Below are positions 27,550 through 38,410 of a DNA stretch of 64,000 nucleotides, piece by piece. The stretch comes from Gnetum montanum. Its lineage: Eukaryota > Plantae > Gnetophyta. The notes under the pieces were generated by a model. The model was not told the origin of the DNA. It worked only from the letters and a program-made list of their open reading frames with translations, and did no database searches. Location: assembly GCA_015680685.1 (NCBI GenBank), contig MNCI01001687.1, positions 346,255-410,254 of the forward strand, read 5' to 3'. How positions within the stretch are numbered: position 1 is the stretch's first letter; each line of letters begins with the position of its first letter. Position numbers and translations under genes: made by a program.

Positions 27550-27985
27550 AGAAACAGGAATTGAACTTAGAACCTCCACTTAGCAAATGCAAACTTTGCC
27601 CATCATCTGAAAAATTCTCATGTCAACTTCCTCATTAGTGTTTATTCGAAAAATAATAAAAGGTTTTAAAAAATTTTCAAACTAAAAAATAAAATATTCA
27701 AGGCTAGGAGTCAAACCCAAGACCTTTATTTAATCAAATGTAAGTCTTAGTTACTACTCTGTTAGTCACCAAGACAAATGTCCTAGTCATGTAATATGGA
27801 TAAATATATATATATATATAGTAATTAAAATTTTGATTAAAAAATAAAATAATTTAAGAATTTATCCTTTTTTAAAATATATATAAATATATAAAATCAA
27901 AAAAACCAAAATTCAAAATTTTAGTAATAGGAAAGAAAGCAAAGACCTTTCTTCAATGAAATGTAATTTTTAGCCATTAGACCAA
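27550..27985 (-). other. Three degenerate tRNA-like (A-box/B-box) motifs in family C copy 2
   Basis: Reverse-strand motifs GAGGTTCTAAGTTCAATTCC (~27557-27577), AAGGTCTTGGGTTTGACTCC (~27706-27726) and TGGTCTAATGG...AAAGGTC (~27944-27984), separated by AT-rich spacers. Confidence 0.45.
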
Positions 27986-28726
27986 ATCTTCTAATTATCT
28001 AACATATATATTTTAAAATTTTAATTCAATATATATATGTATATATATATATATATATATTAAAATAAATAAATAAAATTTTAAAAATATTTCCCTACCG
28101 TAGAATTAATATTGAGCCATAGCTATTAGTTGTCATGCTAGTAAGAGAAGCCACTACGTAGCTAGGTAGCAAGACACAACTGCACTACATTGTAGCTAAC
28201 ATGGTAATGGTATTGTTGGATGTGTAGGCTAGCTACACCATGTCATAGCCAACCATGATAGGATGCTAGCTTATAAATATGCATCATTACCAACCAACCA
28301 ATGAAATGGTAAGATGTAGCCTCCATGATTAACATTCCACTTCACACACCATCCTTGACCCCCCTAGCTACCACTCCATATGATCCTCTTGCCGCTATTA
28401 CTCCAAACTAATACTATCCCATAGATTATGTGCTTACTTTCTACATAATCTTTTCTTTTCTACCTCTTGAGATGGTTGGAGGATATTGCCTTCTCAAAAG
28501 ACTATCAATGCTAATAGATACTACCTTTTTCAATAGTTTGAAAATGAGAAATTTTAATCAATTGATTGGAAATTTTAATTTCGTTGGTTAATTAATGGGA
28601 AATACCAAAAACCATTAAATAATAGAAAAATTTGAGCTCCATGTTTTGGATGGGAAAACATTAAATACCAAAATATAGAAAATATTAATCAATTAGTTAA
28701 GTTTATAAGTTGGCAACAATTGGGAT

Positions 28727-28805
28727 AAAACTTTTCCAATTAAGCACACTTAGCCTAAAGTAGTAGTAGTATGGATGAACACTCAAGGAGTCTTAAATTT
28801 CATGT
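28727..28805 (+). pseudogene. 5S rRNA-derived segment (more decayed) in family C copy 2
   Basis: AATTAAGCACACTTAGCCTAAAGTAGTAGTAGTATGGATGAACACTCAAGGAGTC occupies the same position as the clear 5S match at 35564-35640. Confidence 0.6.
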
Positions 28806-29429
28806 CCAAATATTTAAACTTGAAAGCTATAAGCCTTTATTCAAAAAGTATTTTTTTAGTTAATAAACATTCATTTTTAGTAGATCTTAATCTCTTAGAC
28901 ATAATGGTAATGTCAATTTTATCTGATAGAACTTTAAAAATTAGTTTTTTAATTGCTTGCTCCAATATTATGCTTCAAGACCCTTGAAGAATTAATTTAG
29001 CATTACATAGAAATACAATGTCATTTCTAATAGTTTTTAGCTTTTTGACCTTAGTGATGACGTTAGATTAATCATTTAGATACCTAATAATTAGGTGACG
29101 GCTTAAACCATTTCTTAATATGTCATAACTTTGATTAACTAACTATGTCTAATAAACTATTTTTTGGGACTAAAAAATCTATCTTTAGCGATATTCAATG
29201 TTAATATTACATGGTCAAATTCTACACATAGATAATCTTATGTCACTAACCCCTAGTATGTCATTAGTTACATTACCAGATTCAATGTTCTAAGTGGGGT
29301 AGAAAGGTCCTTAAGAGTCTAGGTAATGTAGCTTATTATTGCTAATCCAAAAAATTGATTAGTTGGAAAATTAGTTGGTGAACTATCATGGTCAAGAAGA
29401 TGTATCCTATTTCAACCTACAACTCTACC

Positions 29430-29975
29430 ATGTAGTAGAATATCATGAAATATCATAATCTTCTTCCAAGAAGGTATATGAAACCTATGAATAGAAATGA
29501 CATAGAAAAGAATCCAAGAACAAGAATAAAACTTGCAACATATAATATGCTCTCAAGATTCCTAGGACGTAAAACACAACATCTACTATGTTTAACTTGG
29601 GTCTTGGATTGACATGAATATTAATATCCACATATCTTAGTAGAATAAAAGACTTAAATGCTAATATTTTGTGCCTACAAGAAGTCTTATCATGGGAATT
29701 CTTTAAAAAATCCCAACCAAATTTGAAAAAGTTGGGATACAAATGTATTTACAAGCAAAAATATTCTTGTGGAACTTATTCTTTTGAGCCATACAACATA
29801 GCCTATTACAAGAACCATAATATTGATGGTTTTGTGATATTTTACAAAGATCCCATATTCAAGTTTGTAAAAAGTGTTAAATGGAATTTTGAGGACACTA
29901 TTATTGAAATTTTGGAATATTAAGTCATGGAAAAAAGAGAATGATTAAGATTCTAGAGAAGCTGCATATCCTTAG
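29430..29975 (+). pseudogene. CCR4-family EEP nuclease, N-terminal half (family C copy 2)
   Basis: IKLATYNMLSR..., LNANILCLQEV, KLGYKCIYKQK, NIDGFVIFYK..FKFVKS; cut at the HIAL motif by the LTR of copy 3. Confidence 0.8.
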
Positions 29976-30034
29976 TGTCATATCTCCATTCCCAAATGAT
30001 GTTCTACATAAACAAAGATGGTGTCTCCTCATAA

Positions 30035-30551
30035 CTAGCTTAGTTATATATTTATAATATATATCTATATATTGGTTGAGATAATCTTATTAGTTTACAA
30101 CTAAAAAGTTCTTTGAGTAAAACATTTCATGAATTCTGGACAAAGAACAAGATTTTAAAACCCAAATTTTCATGCCTTCTGCATGAAGAATAAGAGTTCT
30201 ATACCTTATGTTTCCTAAGAATGGGTTTTCTGAAAAAAAAAATTCCATCAATTAGTGTATGCTCTCACCCTCAGTCGAATTTGTTGTTTTTGATATCTAA
30301 TGCAAATTCGGCCAAGAGTGAGAGCATACACTAATTGATGGAAATTTTCTTTTCAGAAAAACCATCCTTAGGAAAAATAAGGAATAAAAATCTTGTTCTT
30401 CATCTAGAAGGCATGAAAATTTGGGTTTTTAAATCTTGTTCTTCATCCAAAAGTTGTGAAATTTTTTACTCAAATAACCTTTTACTTGTAAACTAATAAG
30501 ATTCTCTCGACCAATTTATAGATATATATTATAAATATATAACTAAGCTAG
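30035..30551. repeat. 517-bp near-perfect palindrome (~250-bp arms, <=19-nt loop)
   Basis: CTAGCTTAGTTATATATTTATAATATATATCTAT... pairs with ...ATAGATATATATTATAAATATATAACTAAGCTAG. Inner arms CCATCAATTAGTGTATGCTCTCAC and GTGAGAGCATACACTAATTGATGG; centre ~30294. Confidence 0.95.
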
Positions 30552-30756
30552 AAATCGCCAGTCGTCTGCTACAACAATGATTTAAACATAACAAATAAAA
30601 ATATTATAAGACCATGGAATGCTTTATTGAATGATTATAAAAATGTTGTAATATAGTAGAAATGATCAATGTACAAACTTGCATAATTGAAAATGTATAG
30701 TTACAAATGTTCTGACATTCAAAATGGCAAAAACTAGTTGACAGAAAAGAATGAGA

Positions 30757-31180
30757 TCATTCTTCATTAGATTTAATGTGTTGCTCTTCATCCAATCTAC
30801 TTTGAAGGTGCGAAGCCTTAAATATCTTGATATATCTTTCTTTGGAGATCGGAGGGAATATCTTCAAACTGTCAATACTCCTCACTCAAGATAGTGCCAC
30901 AAATGTAAGACCTGTTGTTTCTTTGCTACCAACATCTATACATGCTTTCTCCAATGTCATTCCCTATGACTTATGTATCATTAAAGCCCATGCTAATCTA
31001 CGTGGTAGTTGGCAAGATCCTCCACGTATGATTGGTGGAATGGATACTTGTCGAGGATGTTCATTATCATACAGTACTCCAATATAGGATTCAAACTCAA
31101 TGATGACATATAATGGCAACTATGGAGGTTGACAGTGTGGACTATATATTATTTTCTTAGTGACTCCCAATGCACCAAAT
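30757..31180 (-). pseudogene. PIF1-family (SF1B) helicase C-terminal fragment
   Basis: GALGVTKKIIY..PP*LPLYVIIEFESYIG...QLPRRLAWALMIHKS*GMTLEKACIDVG..ETTGLTFVALS*VRS, matching PIF1 motifs V and VI (TIHKSQG.TL; YVALSR). Confidence 0.88.
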
Positions 31181-32799
31181 TGTACGGAGGCAAACTGATG
31201 TATACATTTCTTTCTGTGAACCTTTAAATTCATAGAGGCATGAAGATTCAAACATAAGTAGGATTTTAGTTTCAGTATTATCATCAGAAGTAATGACAAA
31301 GGTGCTGGTTTTTAAGATGTAATAGCTGGGTATGACCTACATCCTTTAGGCTTTCTTTGAGCTATTAAGCCTGCTAAAAAGTATTGAGGTCTTACTTTAT
31401 TTCTTAAAGTTATACCACCTAACATTGAGCTTGAAGCAGCCACTTCAAAAAAGTGAAGCTTTCCCTCATCTACCCAATCAAAAAGGCATTGAGCCTCTAT
31501 ATTTAGTTTGTGAAATCGTAATGGGACATTGCATATCATCGTCAAAATGGCTTTTCTAAATCCAGAGATAGAAAGAGAAATAGAGCAAGGCAACGGCCTT
31601 GCTGGTGTTCATGGACGAAGGAGACAATATTCATAAGCAACAGATCTGGAAAGTGCTGACAAACACTATTGTTTACGTAGTGGAGTTTCCAAATTTCTTG
31701 GTGACTAATGCCTCAGCGGTGTACCCTGGCCTGTGCAGTGATGCACAGGTGGCTCCAATGTACATTTTACTACCTAGAAAGATTTATTATGCAATACCAT
31801 GATGTAGGATAGGCAGTGTTCACGACTACTGACATGCTCTCACTGCTCTAGCACTCCAGCGCAGCTCTTGCAAATTTGCATTCCTTTCCTTTTGCTAAGG
31901 AAAAGAAGCAAAATTTCTCTAGAGAAGGAGACTATGAAGATGATCTAGCCTTAGGAATACATTTTTTGTAGATGTAGGTGAAGCACACCGAGCAATTTCT
32001 TGAAGAAGCGCGTAGCATTGATTCGGTGTTGTGAAGAGGGCCTTCTCATCTTACATCTGTGACAGAGGGTGACTTTGAATCTAAATGTAACTGAAATTTT
32101 CTACTAAATTCTAAATTAAAAAAAAATTGTAAAAAGAATTTTGAAACTGTTACCATATAAGGGATGTAATTTGAGTTGCACAAAATAAACCTCAAGTCCA
32201 CATAGAAATTTTGAGGGCATGCTTGCTTAGGTGAATATGAAAATGTTGAATTGGCAGAGATGCCTATTGATGCTTAAATTTTGGACATGCCAACACTTGT
32301 CATTTTAAGAGACAATCGCATAGGGTGCCTCCCATATGGGTATCAAATTAAGAATAAAGGGTTATGTGAAATAATAATAATAATAATATTTTAAATAAAA
32401 TATTGAAACTTAAATTTAATTTTAGGAGCTTTCTGTATGTTTTGAAAAACATATAAAAATAAAAATTAAACATAATCAAATTAAAAATTTGTGTAGTTTT
32501 GGAGTAAAATAAATGATACAAAACAAAAATTCAAATTAAAATTAAAATTTATCTGGTGCTCTAAGTTTGTGATTCCTAATGTTGGTTCAACTCAGGATTG
32601 GTTCTACTTGATTGGAAGAGAAGAGACCTTCGTTGTCCATCACTTCATTCGCTACAACTACCTTTTGTGGCATTCACCATTTTTTGAACATCCGTCATCT
32701 GGGAGTGCACATCTGCAATTTTCTTAGAGGCTGAGAAACTTGTAGCTGTCCCTGGAGGACCTGCCACTAGCCAACATCTAGAATCCGTCAGCAATCGCT

Positions 32800-32930
32800 A
32801 GTCAACGTTATGGAAAAAGTTGGTATTACCGAAATATGACTGGTAATGGCCTCTCAGGAAAATCAACGTTAGTTATTGTTATGGACAAAGTTAGTGTTAC
32901 CAAAATATGACTGGTAATGGCCCCTCGGCC
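32800..32930. repeat. Subterminal direct repeat pair, each with a small hairpin (TTACC-N-GGTAA)
   Basis: GTTATGGA(A/C)AAAGTT.GT.TTACC.AAATATGACTGGTAATGGCC occurs twice at the end of the Helitron-like insertion. Confidence 0.8.
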
Positions 32931-33443
32931 AAACAAGTGTTATTATTCTTGTAATAAGACTTGAAATAGAACTTGTAATTAAGGTCCAAAGAGCATGTTG
33001 AATAACAAACATGTCTCTTGAGGTGATATTTTGAGGCTTGACCTAAGGCATTTATATTTAGGCTCAGAGATCATGCTATCATGGAGTGGCAAAGTTGGTA
33101 CAGGCAAGTCACAAGAGCCAAGTGTAGTGGGATAAGAAGTGGGCTAGCCATCCCTTCTAGCTAGGTTATAGGCCTAACCATGGTGGTAGTGCTAGATTAC
33201 TTCTAAGGGATAGATGTTCAAGGAAGAAAACTCCAAGGAACACTCTTAGAGCATGACTTAGCTACACTATTACATATCAATAAACTATTCTTTTCCTTTC
33301 AACATTTTCTCTATTATTTCATATACACATAATGTCAAATGTTACATATATTTTACATTTGACATATTTTCTTTTTATGCATAATGTCTAATATAATGTA
33401 TATTTGACATTTTCCATGACATCCAGGAATGGGATGTCACAAT

Positions 33444-33454
33444 TGGTATCAGAG
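33444..33454 (+). promoter_or_regulatory. Primer-binding site, initiator tRNA-Met (family C copy 3)
   Basis: TGGTATCAGAG, 2 nt after the LTR end GATGTCACA. Confidence 0.9.
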
Positions 33455-34619
33455 TAAACCATGACCCAAGGGCCATTTAGAACCATGGACTAAGTACAAC
33501 ATGAATTGATGATGAACCATGAAGCCACAACAAAGGGAAATTCATTGATCATCACTAGATGTACCATATGTTTGTATTGTAAGCTAGAAGATACCTTTCC
33601 ATTGATCTCATGAACAATGGATTAGGCATATACAAAAGACATATATCTCATTAACCAACAAAATTCTTTCATAAATTTCATTGACCAACAAAGATTTGAT
33701 TACACCACATCAAGATTTTGTCAATTGCTAGAGATTTTGGTAAGACAAGGATATACTAATCCTATAAACTCTTACCCATCATACTACTATGAATATTAAT
33801 TGATTAAGGTCATTGTTAAGTTTCTCCTAAAATGTTAATAACCATGACCTAAAATGATCTTATTTTTTAAGGCTCATTATTCTAAGCAACTTAGATTCAT
33901 TTATAATTCATCATGTCTTCTATAAGTTAACCTAGCAATGTCATTTTGGTAGAACAAGCTAATTGGACCATTTACACTATTGAACATTTAACTTCATTTT
34001 TGAGATGATTCTAATAGTACAATGCATACTACTTATGTCAAATGCATACTTCTTATTGAGATTATTCCAATCATACAAATTTTGTCTCGATTGAACTTAC
34101 AATTTAAGAGATATTACTATTTAAAGATTCTTGTTATGTGTGCATTAAAATAATATTAAATTATTACTTGAAAAAATTGATTGAAAGGCCATGGGTTGGA
34201 CCCCAACATCCATAGAAAATAATAAAAAAAATTAAATAACTATATATATATATATATTAAAAACATTTTGAGTAGGAGGTCATGGGTTTGGCCGTAAACC
34301 CCAACTTACTTTTATTTTTTAAAAAAATTATTAATATATATATATATATATAACAAAAATTTGTTAAGGACCTATGACAACCTTGCAACATCGAGATGAT
34401 CATGTTCTCTTGAGGTGACCTTGGCCTATTGGCATAGTATCGTGGTTGGCCAGGTGGTTGCCAAAACCTTTGCAACCACCTTCATCCACCATTACTATGC
34501 TACATTTTCCCATTGCATTCCTACTACTACCACCCTCCTATGCATCCATCCTCTACCTTAACACCCTCTATATGTGTTATCCTCTACTACTCCACCCTAC
34601 ATGTGCCCTTAGATACCTT

Positions 34620-34890
34620 TAGTGTCACTGATCATTGCCTCTCCTATTGTTGATCATCACCTCCTCTATCATTGATCATTGCCTCTTCTATCACTAGTCA
34701 TCACCTTTCCTAATATTGATCTTGGAATCCTCTATTACTAATCATCACATGTTGAAACTATAATCATCACCTATCATGCCATCAATGATTGTCCCTCCTA
34801 CTGTCAATCATCACATATCATGATGCTGATCATCACCTCCCTGAGCATCGATCATCACTTCTCTCATTGCCAATCATTGCCTCTTCTAAT
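34620..34890. repeat. Degenerate ~24-27-bp tandem array (GATCATCACCTC-like units)
   Basis: Repeated (T/C)GATCAT(C/T)(A/G)CCTC motifs; same position and core motif as the 42-bp array of copy 1. Confidence 0.7.
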
Positions 34891-35075
34891 GCCCTTCATT
34901 GATGGAAAAATCCTCATTGAAAACATGTTTTGTGATACATAGGCCCTAATGATGGGCCACATAAGCCCCAAGGAGGGCCACACAAGCCCCAAGAAGAGCC
35001 ATGTGAGCCTTAGTATGGGTCACATGGGCCCATGTAAAGGCTAAGCTAGCCTCTACGACCCTCACTAGTCCTACA

Positions 35076-35222
35076 TAGGCCATGCTAGTTCCCCCCCTCC
35101 CCCTCCCCCTCCTTTCCCCCACCGATGATGCCCTATTGCACCTAGGCCATGCTAGTTCCCCCCCTCCCCCTTCCCCTCCTTTCCCCCACCGATGATGCCC
35201 TATTGCACCTAGGCCATGCTAT
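35076..35222. repeat. 67-bp near-exact tandem duplication with C-runs (G-quadruplex-prone on the minus strand)
   Basis: TAGGCCATGCT recurs at 35076, 35143 and 35210; the units are almost identical. Confidence 0.9.
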
Positions 35223-35563
35223 TCCTTTGCTAGCTATGATGCTAAAGAAAATGCCACCCATGGTAGAAAACATTGGACTGTCATCACCTCCAGATGCACC
35301 TAGCTTGGCCATCAATGTCACCGAATAGCCACCTAGGCAATCACAGGTGTGCCATTGTAGTCATTGCTACAATTGGCATGAAACAACAAATTCTTCATCA
35401 TCTAATGAAAAATTTTAAATTTCTTGTTAATTGACAGAAAATTTGAAATTCTCGTAAATTGATGGAAGATTCAAATTTTTGTCATTGAAGCACTAATTTA
35501 AATTAAAAATAGATAAAAATAATTTTTAGCAATAGAAATTGGCACCTTAGTAGCAACATGGAT

Positions 35564-35640
35564 GAAAATTCCATAATTAAGTATGCTTGATCTAGAGTAG
35601 TACTAGGATGGGTGACCTCTCAGGAAGTTTTATTTTCCAC
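35564..35640 (+). pseudogene. 5S rRNA-derived segment spanning the Pol III internal control region (A box, IE, C box) in family C copy 3
   Basis: 26-nt exact match AGAGTAGTACTAGGATGGGTGACCTC (35594-35619) to the plant 5S rRNA sequence as recalled, with flanking similarity (AATTAAGTATGCTTG, GGAAGT). The 5' ~40 nt of 5S are not recognisable. Confidence 0.88.
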
Positions 35641-36199
35641 ACAAAATATCCTTAATCTCAACAGCCATACCTTTTGATTCTAGAAGCCTTTTTCAATAGA
35701 CAAAGAGTCATTTCCTATATTTTTCAACCTTTTGAACATAATGGTGATGTCAAATCCATCCTAGGGAACACAAAAAATTAGTTTATAGCCTTGCCTAATA
35801 TAGTGCCTAAAGACCCTTTAAAGTCTAATTTTAGCATAACTTATGCATATAATATTCATTTTTAATATATAAATAGTCATTTCTAACATTTCTCGCCCTT
35901 GTGAACTTAATGGTAAGGTCATATTTATCATCCAAATAGCCTTTAGACCCATATGACATGCCATTATTTACACTACTGAAGTTAGTGTTCTTAAGAATTA
36001 GATAATATAGTAACATATTACTAAAATTAGATAATGTAGCTAAATATTACAAAAATTAGTTATAGAATCAATTGATGTATTAGTGTCAGTTGGTTATTAG
36101 TTGATGAATCAGTTTGTATATCAATTGAAGAATCAGTTAATGAAACAAAGCAATCTTCAATGGTAAAGAAAAATGTATATCAATTCATCTTGCCAACAT

Positions 36200-37430
36200 A
36201 TGGTAGAACAACTTGGAGATTCAAAATAGTGTTTCTACAAGGTGTATGATACCCATTAAAGGAAATGATCTAGAAGATAATTCAATGATGAAAATGAAAG
36301 TTGCAACATAAAATATGCTTGCAAGATCCTTAGCAAGTGAGAAACAACATCCTCTATGTCCACCATAGGCATTGGATTGACATGAATAATGATACCCATT
36401 CATTTTAGTAGAATTACAAGACTTGGATGCTAATGTTTTATGCCTACAAGGAGTCTTACCATGGAAGTTCCTATATCAATTCCAACTAGACATGGAAAAG
36501 ATGGAATATAGTGGTATTTGCAAGTAGAAAGGTTATTGTGGAAGTTCTTCTTTTAAGCCATAAAGATTAGCCTATTGCAAAAATCACAACATAGATGGCT
36601 ACACAATATTTTATAAAGAATAAAACTTTGAATTAGTATAAAAATTTGAATGCAATTTAGAAAATATGATTTTTGAAATTCTATAAATTCAACAATAGAA
36701 ATGAAATAATAGTCAAGATTTAAAAAAAAATCACATAGCCTTGGTGTTGATTTTAAAAATTTAGTTATCAGGAAGATGTGTATGCATGGTTAACACACAT
36801 ATAATTTTGAAATCAACATGCTTAGATGTTAGATTGTGTGAAAAAGCATATTTCATGAAGAAAATAGAATAAAGTTAGAAGAATAACTTATTCCTAAGCT
36901 ATATAGATCCAGTTCCATTTATTCTTTGTGGAGAATTCAATTTAAATGTTGGAAGTGGTGTTTATCAATTCTTAAAATATGGATGTGTAAAGGAATATTT
37001 GGAAGATGAACCTGATTTAAAGAATATGTTTCCATCAATTTGACATGAAATTCCATTATCTAGTGCATATTTTTCTTCGAATCTTCAATAGATAAATTAG
37101 ATTCCAGAATTCAGTAACAAAGGATGTTGATGGATATGCTCATCAAGAACCATCATTTACCAAATACTTTGCAATAATTAATGAGGATGGATCAAGAAAA
37201 TTCTTCATTGAGACCCTAGATTATATTTGGTATGATGTTCAATTCTTCCAAGCTACCATATTATTAGAGTGAATTTATAAAAAAGAACTTAAGAGGAGTC
37301 AACATCAAGTCTCACCATCTCGAAGAAGACTATTCAATCACATACCACTTATGGTAGAATTACAATTACTTCCATCATTTCATAAGGTTGATCAAGAACA
37401 TGAGGTAACTTACACTTTTATTTATAATCT
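36200..37430 (+). pseudogene. CCR4/nocturnin/ANGEL/PDE12-family EEP nuclease (deadenylase-like), full domain, no introns in the domain, multiple stops
   Basis: Ordered motifs: KVAT*NMLARSLA, CPP*ALD*, LDANVLCLQGV, NIDGYTIFYK, KNHIALVLIL, CMVNTH, DVRL, VPFILCGEFN...GSGVYQFL..G, HEIPLSSAY, EPSFTKY, ETLDYIWY, NHIPLMVEL. Confidence 0.88.
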
Positions 37431-37829
37431 TTTTATTTTCTTCATTTTTCAATTTATATTTTAAATAGATAAGTAAAATATCTAAGGTAATGCAAGTTGG
37501 AAATAAAGGATTTTCCCTATCTTCATTTGGTAACCAGATATGAGTTGAATTTTGTGTGGCCCTAATTAAAACTAGTGATTGGTAGTTGGTAGATTTTTAA
37601 TTCATATCTTCTCATTATGTTAAGAAATGAAGTATTACGAAAGTAATATTTAATTTTCCATATATTTTTTTCACATATATCTTGTTTCCAGAATAAGTAA
37701 GAAACAACTTCAAGTCCAAAGGAGAAATCAAATTGTTGGAGCATAGGATCATAAAATAAGTATTGAAGCTATAAAAAAATAGTGAACATGTACTTATTTG
37801 AGGATGAATAAAACCTAAGAGGGGAAGAT

Positions 37830-38405
37830 TGTCATGTTCCCATTTGCAAATTATGTTGTTGCATATGCAAAGATGGTATATTTTCATAGAAAGTGTTATT
37901 TTTATCATAACAAGATTCAAAAGGGTAGTTGTAATTAAGATCCAAAAGGGCATGTTGTAATAATAGATGTGTCTCTTGAGGTGACCTTTGGAGGTTCGAA
38001 GTAAGGAATTTATACTTAGGCTTAGAGGTTGTGCCAGCATGGAGTGGTGGAGCCCATACAAGCAAGTCATGAGACCTAAGTGAAGTAAGATAAGAAGTGG
38101 ACTAGCCATTCCTTCTAGCTAGATTATAGGCCTAATTGTAGTGGTAGCGTTGGATTGCCTCTAAGGGATAGATTTCAAAGGAAGAAAACTTTAAGGAACA
38201 CTCTTAGAGCATGACTTGGATGCACCATTCCATATTAATAAAGCATTCTTTATCTTTCTCTTTTTTCATTTTCTCTGTTATTTCATATACACATAGTGTC
38301 AAATGTTACATATATTTAATTTTTGGTATATTTTCTTCTTATGCATAATGTCTAATATAACATATCTTTGACATTTTCCATGACATCCATGAATAGGATG
38401 TCATA
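37830..38405 (+). repeat. 3' LTR of family C copy 3 (576 bp)
   Basis: TGTCATG...GGATGTCA(C>T)A; colinear with the split 5' LTR; preceded by the PPT. Confidence 0.9.
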
Positions 38406-38410
38406 GCTAG

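Larger units (their letters stand above)
30035..32933 (-). mobile_element. Internally deleted Helitron-like (rolling-circle) element inserted in the 5' LTR of family C copy 3
   Basis: The LTR rejoins cleanly across the insertion (CTCATAA|CAAGTGTT versus CTTCATAGCAAGTATT in copy 2) without needing a TSD. Contains a PIF1 helicase remnant and ends in CTAG on the helicase strand. No Rep motifs seen. Confidence 0.6.
29976..38405 (+). mobile_element. Family C copy 3: structurally complete non-autonomous LTR retroelement carrying a 5S-like segment and a CCR4-like ORF
   Basis: 5' LTR 29976-30034 plus 32934-33441 (split by an insertion); PBS TGGTATCAGAG 33444-33454; PPT AAGAGGGGAAGA 37817-37828; 3' LTR 37830-38405; decayed TSD CTTAG/GCTAG; no gag/pol homology seen inside. 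Confidence 0.9.

Noticed and set aside
27550-27985. Genuine tRNA genes
   Set aside because: No complete cloverleaf or acceptor stem could be built; reported only as tRNA-like remnants.
28030-28062. (TA)n microsatellites here and at ~27805, ~34240, ~34335, ~43525
   Set aside because: Ordinary low-complexity tracts in AT-rich TE DNA.
30035-30551. miRNA gene
   Set aside because: Hairpin structure alone is insufficient; the arms are long and TE-associated, and no expression data are available.
35564-35640. Functional 5S rRNA gene or Cassandra TRIM
   Set aside because: The 5' part of 5S is missing, the segment is not in a tandem rDNA array, and it lies in the internal region rather than within LTRs.
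36200-37430. LINE ORF2 APE endonuclease, or a resident host CCR4 gene
   Set aside because: The motifs are CCR4-type and no LINE RT follows. The domain lacks introns, is full of stops, and is enclosed by PBS, PPT and LTRs in two copies.
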